Sequence record: SRR22947725_4333
Reading direction: 5' to 3' (one strand)
DNA: 51,933 nt
Part shown: positions 29,233 to 41,408 of the stretch, in pieces
Numbering within the stretch: position 1 is the first letter of the stretch
How the letters are laid out: every line of letters starts with the position of its first letter
Notes under the pieces: model-generated
What the model was told of the DNA's origin: nothing
Database searches by the model: none
What the model saw: the letters and a program-made list of their open reading frames with translations, nothing else
Made by a program: the position numbers and the translations under genes

Positions 29233-29822
29233 AGCTTCTCAATCAAGACATCAGGGTGGGCATCAAAGCGGTAGCCCTGTCCGCGAGCGGTCCTGACGAT
29301 GTCCTCATATAGCCCGAGCTTCGAGCGCAGCCTGCGAACGTGAACGTCGATGGTCCTGAAGTTTGGGGTTCCCTCTCCGCAGCGCTCAGAGATTGAGGCG
29401 ATGGTCTCCCGCGTCACAGTTTGACCCTCGTTCTCGATCAGCAGTGCCAAAAGTTCATACTCCTTGCAGGTGAGTGGAGCGTGGCTGCCGTCAACGAAGA
29501 CCTTCTTGCGGCTCAGGTCCACAACTACTCCCTTTGCTGCCTCAACTTCGTCGGGCTCTGGCTTAGCCGCACGAACCGCTCTTGGCTCCCCCAGCGCTAG
29601 CCGAGTGATGTCCAGGGGCCTACCGGATGATTCCTCTGGGGCAATCGCGAGCGCCGCATAGGTTTCATTGGCTGATGTTGGAACTAGCTCGGAGAGCTTG
29701 GCTTTCAAAGCCGATGCAATCTCGGCGAGGCTAAGGCCTGCGGCCTCTGCCTGCTGCTCTGTGATGCCTACGTATAGAGCGAAGCCCTTGGCCTCGGTCT
29801 GCTTCTTTAGTGCTGTTGTCAT
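29229..29822 (-). CDS. Orphan OmpR/PhoB-type winged-helix regulator with a non-receiver N-terminal domain
   Basis: C-terminal LTCKEYELL...RTIDVHVRRLRSKLG...RTARGQGYRF; RBS AAAGGA before the ATG at 29822. Confidence 0.88.
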   Translation of the reverse strand: MTTALKKQTEAKGFALYVGITEQQAEAAGLSLAEIASALKAKLSELVPTSANETYAALAIAPEESSGRPLDITRLALGEPRAVRAAKPEPDEVEAAKGVVVDLSRKKVFVDGSHAPLTCKEYELLALLIENEGQTVTRETIASISERCGEGTPNFRTIDVHVRRLRSKLGLYEDIVRTARGQGYRFDAHPDVLIEKL

Positions 29823-29920
29823 TTTTATGAGTCCTTTGTGAGTGCATGAAATTGGGTGCACGAATCACGTGCGTTTGTTGGGGTGCTGGTGCCTAATTGC
29901 TAATCAGTAAGCAAGGTTGA

Positions 29921-30010
29921 TTAGCGGCACATGCGCATGCACATGCACATTGCCATCGAGCAGGAGAAGCTAGCGCCAGTGGCGCCCGTCTCAACTGATC
30001 GACTACTCAT
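29921..30010 (-). CDS. Putative Cys/Met-rich leader peptide, 29 aa: MSSRSVETGATGASFSCSMAMCMCMRMCR
   Basis: Hand translation. 4 Cys and 5 Met in the last 13 codons; directly downstream of a TTGACA-N18-CATTAT promoter; ends 98 nt before the wHTH gene. Confidence 0.75.
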   Translation of the reverse strand: MSSRSVETGATGASFSCSMAMCMCMRMCR

Positions 30011-30018
30011 TGAAATAA

Positions 30019-30048
30019 ATAATGGGCTAGATAGGCCGCCTGTGTCAA
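30019..30048 (-). promoter_or_regulatory. SigA-type promoter for the leader peptide/wHTH transcript
   Basis: TTGACA (30048-30043), N18, CATTAT (30024-30019), 8 nt, ATG. Confidence 0.6.
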
Positions 30049-30074
30049 ATTCTTACGCTTTGTTACGGCAGGTC

Positions 30075-30887
30075 TTAGACCCTAGCGAGTAGCCACTCAA
30101 AGATGTCCTCTTCGACCTCGCTCTTGCACAGGTCGTTGAGAAGCTCGTGGTGGCCACCCGGGTAGATCTTGAGCTCTTTGTCAGGACTTGCGATCGCCTG
30201 GTGCAGCCCCATGGAGTTTAGGTGTGAGGTGGAGGTGTCCTTGTTGCCGTGAATTATCAGGGTGGGCGCCTTCCAGTTTCCGGTTGCCGCCCAGACCTGG
30301 TCCGATACCTCCAAGACTGTCTTGGCAACGAGGTTCTTTGCCTTGCCCTGATAGAAAAGCTCGTCCTTTTCAACCTCTGCCAAAAACGCCTTGTCCCTCG
30401 AGAGGGCCTCGATGCCGGGTCTTGGAAGTGGCATTGGGGCACCTGGGGCAAAGCGGGTGGAGACGTTTGTCAAGATGCGCTCCCAGCGCTTTGAGGGAGT
30501 CTGCATGGCGCTGGCGTCAATGATTGCGCCTGTGATGTTGCCTCGCTCGCGGACAATGCTGGCGCCTGTTATCAAACCGCCGAGGGAGTGCCCGAACAGC
30601 ACAGTTGGCAAGCCAGCTGGCAGTCTTGAGCGGGCCTGGAGATGCAGGGCCACCCCTTGATTGACATCGACAAGCCCGCGCTCACCCGCGGTTCTGCCGT
30701 GACCTGGCAAATCAAATGCGTAGACGTCGATGCCCTGCTGATTGAGCTTGGGTATTAGTTCGCTGTAGTAGGTGAGGTACCGCTCGGAATACTCACTAAG
30801 ACCGTGCATCAAAAGTAGTTGTGCCCGAGGGCTAGCGGACTTCCAACTAAAGGCCGCTACCGGAGCACCAATGTCCCATGTAGCCAT
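30075..30887 (-). CDS. Alpha/beta hydrolase (lysophospholipase/monoglyceride lipase-like)
   Basis: HGLSE, DLPGHG, GHSLGG, HG..D, HELLND; leaderless TACCCT-N6-ATG. Confidence 0.9.
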   Translation of the reverse strand: MATWDIGAPVAAFSWKSASPRAQLLLMHGLSEYSERYLTYYSELIPKLNQQGIDVYAFDLPGHGRTAGERGLVDVNQGVALHLQARSRLPAGLPTVLFGHSLGGLITGASIVRERGNITGAIIDASAMQTPSKRWERILTNVSTRFAPGAPMPLPRPGIEALSRDKAFLAEVEKDELFYQGKAKNLVAKTVLEVSDQVWAATGNWKAPTLIIHGNKDTSTSHLNSMGLHQAIASPDKELKIYPGGHHELLNDLCKSEVEEDIFEWLLARV

Positions 30888-31047
30888 GGGATAAGGGTAG
30901 GGGAGCTGCGAGCAATTGTGCTGCTGGTCGTTCGGCGATGCTTATCCCTCGGCCACGCCGAACAGGAGCTGAATCATTGGGCTAACCTATTAACCACTTC
31001 AGCGCCCAGCGCCGCGCGAGAGACTTCTTTATCTAAGGATCAAAGCA

Positions 31048-32484
31048 ATGACTGAAAAAGCAAATATCGGTGTCGTGGGGCTCGCCGTGATGGGCTCTAA
31101 CCTCGCTCGTAATCTTGCCTCTCGCGAAGGTAACCGCGTGGCCATCTATAACCGCAGCGTTGAGAAGACCAACCAGCTCACAGCGGACCACCCAGAAGCA
31201 AACTTCATTGCCAGCGAGAGCATTGACGACTTCGTTGCGTCGCTGTCAAAGCCAAGAACGGCAATCATCATGGTGCAGGCAGGTGCCGGCACCGACGCCG
31301 TCATCAGCCAGCTGACCGAGCGGTTTGAAAAGGGTGACATCATCGTCGATGGTGGCAATGCCCTCTACACCGACACCATGAGGCGTGAAAAAGAGGTCTC
31401 CGAAAAGGGCATTCACTTTGTTGGTGCCGGTATCTCCGGGGGTGAGGAAGGTGCGCTGAAGGGTCCCTCGATCATGCCCGGTGGCACCAAGGAGGCCTAT
31501 GCGACTCTGGGTCCAATTCTGGAAACCATTGCGGCTGTCGCTGAGGGCGAGCCCTGTGTCACCCACATCGGCTCCGATGGTGCCGGGCACTTTGTAAAGA
31601 TGATTCACAACGGCATCGAATATGCCGACATGCAGCTCATCGCAGAGGCCTACGACCTGCTGCGTCAGTCCGGAGGTTTCAGTCCGGAGGAGATCGCCGA
31701 GATCTTCACCGAGTGGAACAACGGAGAACTCGAGAGCTACCTCATAGAGATCACCGCAGAGGTTCTCAAGCAAAAGGACGCTAAGACCGGTAAGCCACTG
31801 GTTGATGTCATCCTGGATGCCGCAGGCAGCAAGGGCACAGGTGTCTGGACCGTGCAGACCGCTCTAGACCTTGGGACCCCGGTCTCGGGAATTGCGGAGG
31901 CAGTATTTGCCCGTTCTCTCTCTGCCCAGTCCGCTCAGCGAGAAGGCAAGCCTGAGCTGCCGGCTGCAAACCAGGTGTGGGCGGTAGAGGACAAGCCGGC
32001 ATTTGTTGAGGCGGTGCGCAGAGCGCTTTATGCCTCGAAGATCATTGCCTATGCTCAGGGCTTCGACGCCATCAGGGCCGGCGCCAAGGAATTTGGTTGG
32101 GAGATCAATCTTGGTGAGGTCGCGAAGATTTGGCGCGGCGGCTGCATCATCCGAGCACAGTTTTTGAACCGCATTACCGACGCCTACCGCAAGGACGAGA
32201 GCCTACTCTCGCTTCTTTTTGACGACTACTTCATCGCGGCCATCGCGGGAACAGTTGCCTCCTGGCGTGAGATTGTCGCAATGGCCGCCCTAACCGGCGT
32301 CCCATCGCCAGCCTTTGCCTCTTCCTTGAGCTACTACGACGGACTAAGGGCAGAGCGTTTGCCAGCGGCTTTGGTGCAGGGACAAAGGGACTTCTTTGGC
32401 GCTCACACCTATAAGCGCGTCGACGCCGAGGGTAGCTACCACACCCTCTGGTCGGGTGACCGCTCAGAGATAAAGACCGACTAA
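31048..32484 (+). CDS. gndA: NADP-dependent 6-phosphogluconate dehydrogenase
   Basis: GLAVMG, SGGEEGA, GHFVKMIHNGIEY, KGTG, QRDFFGAHTY. Confidence 0.96.
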   Translation: MTEKANIGVVGLAVMGSNLARNLASREGNRVAIYNRSVEKTNQLTADHPEANFIASESIDDFVASLSKPRTAIIMVQAGAGTDAVISQLTERFEKGDIIVDGGNALYTDTMRREKEVSEKGIHFVGAGISGGEEGALKGPSIMPGGTKEAYATLGPILETIAAVAEGEPCVTHIGSDGAGHFVKMIHNGIEYADMQLIAEAYDLLRQSGGFSPEEIAEIFTEWNNGELESYLIEITAEVLKQKDAKTGKPLVDVILDAAGSKGTGVWTVQTALDLGTPVSGIAEAVFARSLSAQSAQREGKPELPAANQVWAVEDKPAFVEAVRRALYASKIIAYAQGFDAIRAGAKEFGWEINLGEVAKIWRGGCIIRAQFLNRITDAYRKDESLLSLLFDDYFIAAIAGTVASWREIVAMAALTGVPSPAFASSLSYYDGLRAERLPAALVQGQRDFFGAHTYKRVDAEGSYHTLWSGDRSEIKTD

Positions 32485-32485
32485 C

Positions 32486-33385
32486 TTGCTAGGCCACTGG
32501 GTATTCAAATTCATACCTATGGCCCTGATTTGGGGCTCTAGCTTTTTATTCATTGAGCTATCGCTGGAGCTCACCACGGCATTTGGCGTCGCTTTCTGGA
32601 GGACTGCGCTGGGAGCTTTGGCAATGCTGGCACTCGGTTTTGTCTTCAAGATTGCTCTTCCAAAAAAGCTGAGCCAGTGGGGGCATTTGTGGGTGGCGGG
32701 GTTCTTAATGTCGGCCTTTCCCTTCACGATGTATGCATTCGCTCAGCAGTTCACCACCAGCATCTTGGCTGCAATCCTGAATGCCACCACACCTATTTTT
32801 ACGCTGCTTGCGATCCTGACAATCTTCCGAGGCCAGAGGCAATCAGCAACCGCAATCATCGGGCTGCTGGTGGGGCTTGTGGGAGTGGGAGTGACCCTGG
32901 GGGTCTGGCAGGGCTTTGGCGATAACGACCAGCTCGCGATCCTGGCGCTGGTGATGGCCAGCATCTCCTACGGAATCGGAACCCCGTATATTCGCAAGCA
33001 CATCACTCCCATGGCACTGGCTCCCACCTCAACCGCTGCGGTCCAGGTCCTTACTAGCGCGCTGACGCTGCTGCCTTTTTATGTCCTGACCGGGCCACTG
33101 TTCATCGCAGAACCCCGGGTTGAGACCGTCGGGTCACTGATTCTGCTCGGAGTGCTTGGCAGCGGAGTTGCCTACTGGCTCTTTCACCAGATTGTGGCTC
33201 AGGCAGGCAGTGCGGTTGCGGCGACTGTCACCTATACCAACCCAGTGATTGCAACCTTCTGGGGAGTGCTGCTGCTTGGTGAAACCCTGCATTGGTATGA
33301 GCCGGTTGGCGCCATTCTGGTAATCACCGGCGCCTACCTAGCTCAGGGCAGAAGGCTAAAGCTCTTCCGAATCCGAAAAGGCTAG
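32486..33385 (+). CDS. EamA/DMT family transporter
   Basis: IWGSSFLFI, NATTP, SGVAY, YTNP. Confidence 0.88.
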   Translation: MLGHWVFKFIPMALIWGSSFLFIELSLELTTAFGVAFWRTALGALAMLALGFVFKIALPKKLSQWGHLWVAGFLMSAFPFTMYAFAQQFTTSILAAILNATTPIFTLLAILTIFRGQRQSATAIIGLLVGLVGVGVTLGVWQGFGDNDQLAILALVMASISYGIGTPYIRKHITPMALAPTSTAAVQVLTSALTLLPFYVLTGPLFIAEPRVETVGSLILLGVLGSGVAYWLFHQIVAQAGSAVAATVTYTNPVIATFWGVLLLGETLHWYEPVGAILVITGAYLAQGRRLKLFRIRKG

Positions 33386-34255
33386 CCAAATATTCATCGG
33401 TCTAAACCCGGCTTTCTCGTAGAGCGCAACCGCGCCGGTGGAGTTTCCCGTATCAACCGCGAGCGCTACATCTTTGAAACCTCTTGCCACCGAGTAGGCG
33501 CAGCCCCAGAGCAATAAGAGCTCGCCATAGCCCTTGCCGCGGTGAGAGGCGAGAACGCCAATCTTGTCGATGAAGCCGCCGTTATTTTCGGCCCTGTGGT
33601 TGGTGCAGACCAGAAGACCAACGGGCACCCCGGCCTCCTCTAGAAAAAACACGCCCTCTGGATCTTGCAGCACCTGCTCGCGCTGCTTCTTCTCCCACTC
33701 TGCATAGTCCTTTGGTTTGAAGCCGTAGTGCTCTGAGAAGGACTCCATGAGCAGTTTGTGCCAAGTCTTACGCTCTGTTTCAAAGTTTGCTTGCCGGATT
33801 GAGACATTCTTTGGCAACTTTGGAAATGCCCTTGCTGGCTGATGGTTTCGCATCGTCCAATATCTGCGCACCAAGTAAAAGCCGGCGTTTTCGTTTGCAG
33901 CTCTCAGCTCTGGATCTTTTGAGTTGCAGGTTCCGCGCAGCTCAAACCCTGGGTAATTCTCCTTTGACCACGAGATTGCTCTTTCTAAGCTGCGCGCATA
34001 GTCGTGGCTTGCGGGAAGCCCGAAGGCATCTATTTCGACCCGTTTGCGCTTCTTGTCCACCTGAGCGGTGACGAGGTCGGTGATAACGCCATCTACTTCA
34101 AAGACCTCGGCTAGGACGTCGTCGTAGAAACCACCCAGCTCCTCTTTGATTTCCTCAACGCTAGAGTCTTCAAACTCTGGGTCGATGGCGCTGTCGTGAG
34201 CGTTGCAGAGGGCAACCAGCTGGTCAAGATCCTCTGGTTTCCAGGTTCTAAACAT
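33356..34255 (-). CDS. GNAT family N-acetyltransferase (tandem domain)
   Basis: IGVLASHRGKGYG, VDTGNSTGAVALYEKAGF. Confidence 0.85.
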   Translation of the reverse strand: MFRTWKPEDLDQLVALCNAHDSAIDPEFEDSSVEEIKEELGGFYDDVLAEVFEVDGVITDLVTAQVDKKRKRVEIDAFGLPASHDYARSLERAISWSKENYPGFELRGTCNSKDPELRAANENAGFYLVRRYWTMRNHQPARAFPKLPKNVSIRQANFETERKTWHKLLMESFSEHYGFKPKDYAEWEKKQREQVLQDPEGVFFLEEAGVPVGLLVCTNHRAENNGGFIDKIGVLASHRGKGYGELLLLWGCAYSVARGFKDVALAVDTGNSTGAVALYEKAGFRPMNIWLAFSDSEEL

Positions 34256-35507
34256 CGGCTTTCCTCAAGTCGGGCAGCTCCCAGGGGCGGGAAATAACCA
34301 TGAGGGTTATAAACGATCCGGCGTAGAGAAGGCCAATCAAAACTCCCAGGTCAGCAGTCGAGTCGGTGTCAAGCATGAAGTAGATGCCGGAGATCAGACT
34401 CGCCAGAGTGAAATTGAACACACCCAACAGTGACGAGGCGGTGCCGGCCTCTGAGCCGTGGTTGTAGAGGGCAATTGTGGGTATCACCGTCAGACCTGCA
34501 CCGAAAATCATTAGCTCTATCAAGAAAAATGTCTCTGCCCAGAAAAAGCTAGTTCCTGAGGTGACGAATAACCCGATACCGACTCCCGTGCCAATCAGCC
34601 CGTAGGCGGCAAGCAGCCAGTGCCCTTGAATGAATTTTGCAAGGTAAGCGCCCAGTTGCACTCCTATGTATGAGGCTGCACCATTTACGGCCATCCAGAC
34701 CCCAGTCTCCGTGGCGCTCACTCCAAACCCCTCTTGAAATACAAACGGCACAAAGTTCAAATACGTGAACAGTGCGCTGAGCTGCAGCGCTGCATAAAAC
34801 ATCAAGCCAATGAAGACCCGGTCCTTTAGGACATTTAGATATCCCCTGGCAAGCCCCAGCGGAGAACTACTTCTCCTGGCCGAAACCGGCAGAGTTTCAA
34901 TCAGGAAAGCGTTGGCAAATAGCAGTAGCACCAGAGTCACGATTGCAAAGAATAGAAAGACACCCTGCCAGGCAATCAGCTCTGTGAGCTGCGAACCCAA
35001 AATGGGTCCAAGAATCGGAGCCAGCGACTGGACCAGGAAAACCCTTGCAAGCATCTGCCGCATCGGTTGCCCCCGGAACAGATCCCTGATCACAGCCCTG
35101 GCAACCACATCACCACCAGCTGCGAAGAAGCCCATGAAGAACCTCAGCAGAATGAAAACTTCGATGTTTGGAGCAAAGAAGGCAAGAATCGTGGCCAGTA
35201 GATAACCGCTCATGGTTATTAGCAGTAGCGGCCTGCGACCAAAAGCATCCGAGAGTGGGCCAATGAGTAGCTGGCCAGCTGCGATACCGACTGTGACACC
35301 AGTGAACGAGGCCTGCACCACACCATTGGCGACCCCGAAGAACTGCCCAATGGCGGGGAAGGCCGGAAGATAGGGGTCAATTGTGAAGGGAATCAGGCTC
35401 ATCGAAAGCGCGAGGATGAAGATGTAGACCATCAGCATCTTCTTGCTGAGCTGGTCTCCAGAATCTATGACCCTGCCCTTGACGATAGGAAGCTTGGGTA
35501 GGGGCAC
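34248..35507 (-). CDS. Bcr/CflA-family MFS efflux transporter
   Basis: IDPYLPAFP, GQLLIGPLSDAFGRRP, ARAVIRD, APILGP; GTG start at 35507 just after the Dyp stop. Confidence 0.88.
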   Translation of the reverse strand: MPLPKLPIVKGRVIDSGDQLSKKMLMVYIFILALSMSLIPFTIDPYLPAFPAIGQFFGVANGVVQASFTGVTVGIAAGQLLIGPLSDAFGRRPLLLITMSGYLLATILAFFAPNIEVFILLRFFMGFFAAGGDVVARAVIRDLFRGQPMRQMLARVFLVQSLAPILGPILGSQLTELIAWQGVFLFFAIVTLVLLLFANAFLIETLPVSARRSSSPLGLARGYLNVLKDRVFIGLMFYAALQLSALFTYLNFVPFVFQEGFGVSATETGVWMAVNGAASYIGVQLGAYLAKFIQGHWLLAAYGLIGTGVGIGLFVTSGTSFFWAETFFLIELMIFGAGLTVIPTIALYNHGSEAGTASSLLGVFNFTLASLISGIYFMLDTDSTADLGVLIGLLYAGSFITLMVISRPWELPDLRKADV

Positions 35508-35508
35508 C

Positions 35509-36705
35509 CTAAGAGAATAGTGGTTCGGCGATGAGCTCAGAGCCCTGAACCCCACCCGGAATTGCGAATACCGCAGACCCGATTGGCACGGTCCACTTGT
35601 TGAGTAGGTCCAGCTTCTGCAGCCGCCTTTGAATCGGCAAATACTGCCTAGAAATATCGCGCTGATAGGCAGTCCACAAAAGCCCAACGTCCATGCTGCC
35701 GCGCTCGTTCATGCCGTTGTCATAGCTAAATGGTCGGCGGAAGATACGCTCCGCGCTCTCCGCTGGAGCCGCCCTTCTGATGTGGGCGAACTCGGGAATC
35801 ACAAGCAGGCCGTTTGGGTGCCTCGCACCCAGATCAGGAACATCGCTCTCATCGGTTCCGGTAAGTGGGGCTCCGTTCGAGAGGTTGCGTCCAATCACCT
35901 CCTCCTTAGAGGGGGTCCCGAGCTGGTCCCAGGTATCGAGCTGCATCGCGATTCTGCGGAAGACCATCAGGGTTCCTCCCCTAATCCACTTTGGACCCTC
36001 GTCTATCCACACCACCGAATTGAAATCCTCCGAACCAAGCTCTGGGTTTGCGGTGCCATCAACTTGGCCCATTAGGTTTCTGTGGGTGAGGCCGGCGGGA
36101 ATCATTCCAGGCGAATGGGCAAAGCCTGGCTGCACCCACCTAACGCTCGCAAAGGGCATCGAGTCTCTAACCAGTCCCCTGGTGCCATGAGCCAGCACAA
36201 CAGGATCGTCGGCGGCAATGTGAATGAGCACATCTCCGCCCGAGTAGCGATCCTCCAACTGGTCCACACTAAAAGCTGGCAGCTCGGCAAAGCCTTCGGG
36301 TAGCTGAGAATCCAGGCCGAGCTTTGCGAAAAGGCTGGGGCCGAAGCCGACATAGGCGGTGAACCTGGCGGCCCCAATCGAAAGCTCAGGTGCGGGATCG
36401 GCAAGCACGGGCTCTCCGCGCGTGAGCCTGGAGATGTCATCGGTGAGAAGCCGCATCCAGCGCAGCATGTCTTCCTTGGTGACGCTGTCTTTGATGTCGA
36501 GCGCAACCATGTTCGTAACCGCTTGAATATCTAGCTCGATGCCGCTCTGATGGGGACCAAAGAACTGCGCTTCTCTCGAAGCGGCAAAGGTTTCTAGGTT
36601 TTGTTCGGCAGCCACACCTGCTGCAGAGGCTCCGGCGACAGCGCCTACCGCGCCAGCTGCCGCAGCGGCTGCACCGCTAGCCAAAAAACCTCTACGTGAA
36701 ACCAA
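35509..36705 (-). CDS. Tat-exported Dyp-type peroxidase
   Basis: SRRGFL Tat motif, HQSGI, GQVDGTAN, HIR, RRPFSY. Confidence 0.9.
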   Translation of the reverse strand: MVSRRGFLASGAAAAAAGAVGAVAGASAAGVAAEQNLETFAASREAQFFGPHQSGIELDIQAVTNMVALDIKDSVTKEDMLRWMRLLTDDISRLTRGEPVLADPAPELSIGAARFTAYVGFGPSLFAKLGLDSQLPEGFAELPAFSVDQLEDRYSGGDVLIHIAADDPVVLAHGTRGLVRDSMPFASVRWVQPGFAHSPGMIPAGLTHRNLMGQVDGTANPELGSEDFNSVVWIDEGPKWIRGGTLMVFRRIAMQLDTWDQLGTPSKEEVIGRNLSNGAPLTGTDESDVPDLGARHPNGLLVIPEFAHIRRAAPAESAERIFRRPFSYDNGMNERGSMDVGLLWTAYQRDISRQYLPIQRRLQKLDLLNKWTVPIGSAVFAIPGGVQGSELIAEPLFS

Positions 36706-37191
36706 TTAGTTGTCCATCTCCATTTCGCCGCTGTGGTACTCCTCGTCGCCGCCCTCGGCCGGCTTGGCAACTACTCCATTGGCGGTTATGTCTTCTGCAC
36801 CATCAAAATCAAAAGTGACTGAGATTTCTTCCCCAGCTTCAAGATCGTCGGTGAGCATCATGAGCATCAGGTGGTTACCACCTGGTTCGAGAACTATCGA
36901 CTTGCCGGCTGGGATAGTCAGTCCGCCATCGATCTCTTGCATCTTCATCTCGCCACCAATCATGGCCATCTCGTGCACCTCGACAACTCCCGCTATCTCC
37001 GTGGCGCCGCCGACCAGCACCACATCTTGAGAGGAATTATTTGTCAGCGTTCCATAGACGGCGGTCATACCTCCCTTGATGCTCATTTCAGAGGACTTCA
37101 CCCAGAGATCCTGGGCAACTACCTCGCCATCAGAGGCACAACCTGAGAGAAAAAGGGAAATTGAAATAAAAAGTAAGGAGGTCTTCCGCAT
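36706..37191 (-). CDS. Copper chaperone PCu(A)C lipoprotein
   Basis: Lipobox LSGC, VHEM...M...PGGNHLML. Confidence 0.9.
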   Translation of the reverse strand: MRKTSLLFISISLFLSGCASDGEVVAQDLWVKSSEMSIKGGMTAVYGTLTNNSSQDVVLVGGATEIAGVVEVHEMAMIGGEMKMQEIDGGLTIPAGKSIVLEPGGNHLMLMMLTDDLEAGEEISVTFDFDGAEDITANGVVAKPAEGGDEEYHSGEMEMDN

Positions 37192-37246
37192 TTCTTTTCC
37201 TAGATGTCGGTTTACAGGCGCATAATTCATGAGCCTCAAGCATTGA

Positions 37247-37263
37247 TTCTACAGCCTGTAGAA
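37247..37263. promoter_or_regulatory. Perfect palindrome overlapping the -10 of the PCuAC-Dyp operon
   Basis: TTCTACAG-C-CTGTAGAA; minus-strand TAGAAT at 37251-37246. Confidence 0.55.
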
Positions 37264-37385
37264 CTTAAGTTTTAGGAAATTGGGTAAACAAGTCCCGACA
37301 CGCGGGAGTTATTACCGCCTTAAAGTTCAAGTTGTGGGTTAATGTTCGAGAAAATAACTAAATAAGTGAACTTTTTCGCATTTCA

Positions 37386-37401
37386 CTACTAGATGTAGTG
37401 G
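37386..37401 (+). promoter_or_regulatory. NrdR box
   Basis: CTACTAGATGTAGTGG matches the consensus acaCwAtATaTwGtgt upstream of nrdH; only a degenerate second box near 37355. Confidence 0.75.
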
Positions 37402-37498
37402 TTTGGTGCTAATGTTTGAAGTCTGAAATTTGCGAGAAATTTCACAAGAATTTGCCGAAAATGAGCCCGGAGGGGCCATAGAAATGGGGAGGGAACCA

Positions 37499-37723
37499 AT
37501 GGCGGTGACCGTCTACACATTGCCAGCCTGCGTTCAGTGCGACAGCACGAAGCGCATGCTGCAGCGCAACCAGGTCGATTACAACGAGGTAGACATGAGT
37601 CAGGACCCGGTTGCTCTCGAGATGGTAAAGACCATGGGGTACACAGCCGCACCGGTAGTCGTCGCAGACGAAGAGCACTGGTCGGGCTTCCGCATGGACA
37701 AGATCCAGGCTCTTTCGGCCTAG
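37499..37723 (+). CDS. nrdH: Glutaredoxin-like NrdH
   Basis: CVQC, APVV, HWSGFR. Confidence 0.95.
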   Translation: MAVTVYTLPACVQCDSTKRMLQRNQVDYNEVDMSQDPVALEMVKTMGYTAAPVVVADEEHWSGFRMDKIQALSA

Positions 37724-37735
37724 CTGAGGTATGAG

Positions 37736-38124
37736 ATGTTCGACGTGGTTTACTTCTCGAGCGTCTCGGAAAACACCAAACGCTTCGTAGACAAGCTAGA
37801 AGCCCAGTCGGTTCGAATCCCGATTCGCACCGAAGAGGCAGCAGAGTTTGTACACGATCGGGACAGCGTCCTAGTCGTCCCCACCTACGGTGGCGGAAAC
37901 GACAACTCGACTGTCCCAAAACAGGTAATCAAGTTTTTGAATAATCCTGAAAACCGGAAACACATCAAGGCAGTAATTGCCGGAGGGAACACCAACTTTG
38001 GTTCTCACTTCGGCAAAGCCGGTGACATAGTCGCCGACAAGCTGGGAGTGCCAGTGCTTTATCGCTTTGAAATCACTGGCACACCAGAAGACGTAATAGA
38101 GGTCAAGGAAAGGCTGGCACAGTT

Positions 38125-38143
<19 letters not shown>
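37736..38143 (+). CDS. nrdI: Class Ib RNR flavodoxin NrdI
   Basis: [24 protein letters not shown]. Confidence 0.95.
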
Positions 38144-41284
<3,141 letters not shown>

Positions 41285-41294
41285 GGAGGGACTC

Positions 41295-41345
41295 ATGGAC
41301 TGCAATTGCGGCAAAGACACTTGCGGCTGCGGCGGCAAGCACTAA
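41295..41345 (+). CDS. Putative 16-aa Cys-rich, metallothionein-like peptide MDCNCGKDTCGCGGKH
   Basis: SD AAGGAGG overlapping the nrdF stop, 5 nt before the ATG; CxC-x4-CxC plus His; lies before the operon terminator. Confidence 0.7.
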   Translation: MDCNCGKDTCGCGGKH

Positions 41346-41359
41346 GCATCAAATAAAGT

Positions 41360-41391
41360 GCCGGGTGACCAATTGGTTACCCGGCTTCTTT
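41360..41391 (+). terminator. Intrinsic terminator of the nrdHIEF-peptide operon
   Basis: GCCGGGTGACC-AATT-GGTTACCCGGC followed by TTCTTT. Confidence 0.8.
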
Positions 41392-41408
41392 GTCCCTAGA
41401 GTGAAGGA

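Noticed and set aside
29925-29950. ATGTGC hexamer repeat as a simple microsatellite
   Set aside because: It is in frame within a promoter-proximal ORF and is better explained as Met-Cys codons of the leader peptide.
37295-37302. CGACACGC (WhiA-like GACAC motif) upstream of nrdH
   Set aside because: Too short to support from a single occurrence.
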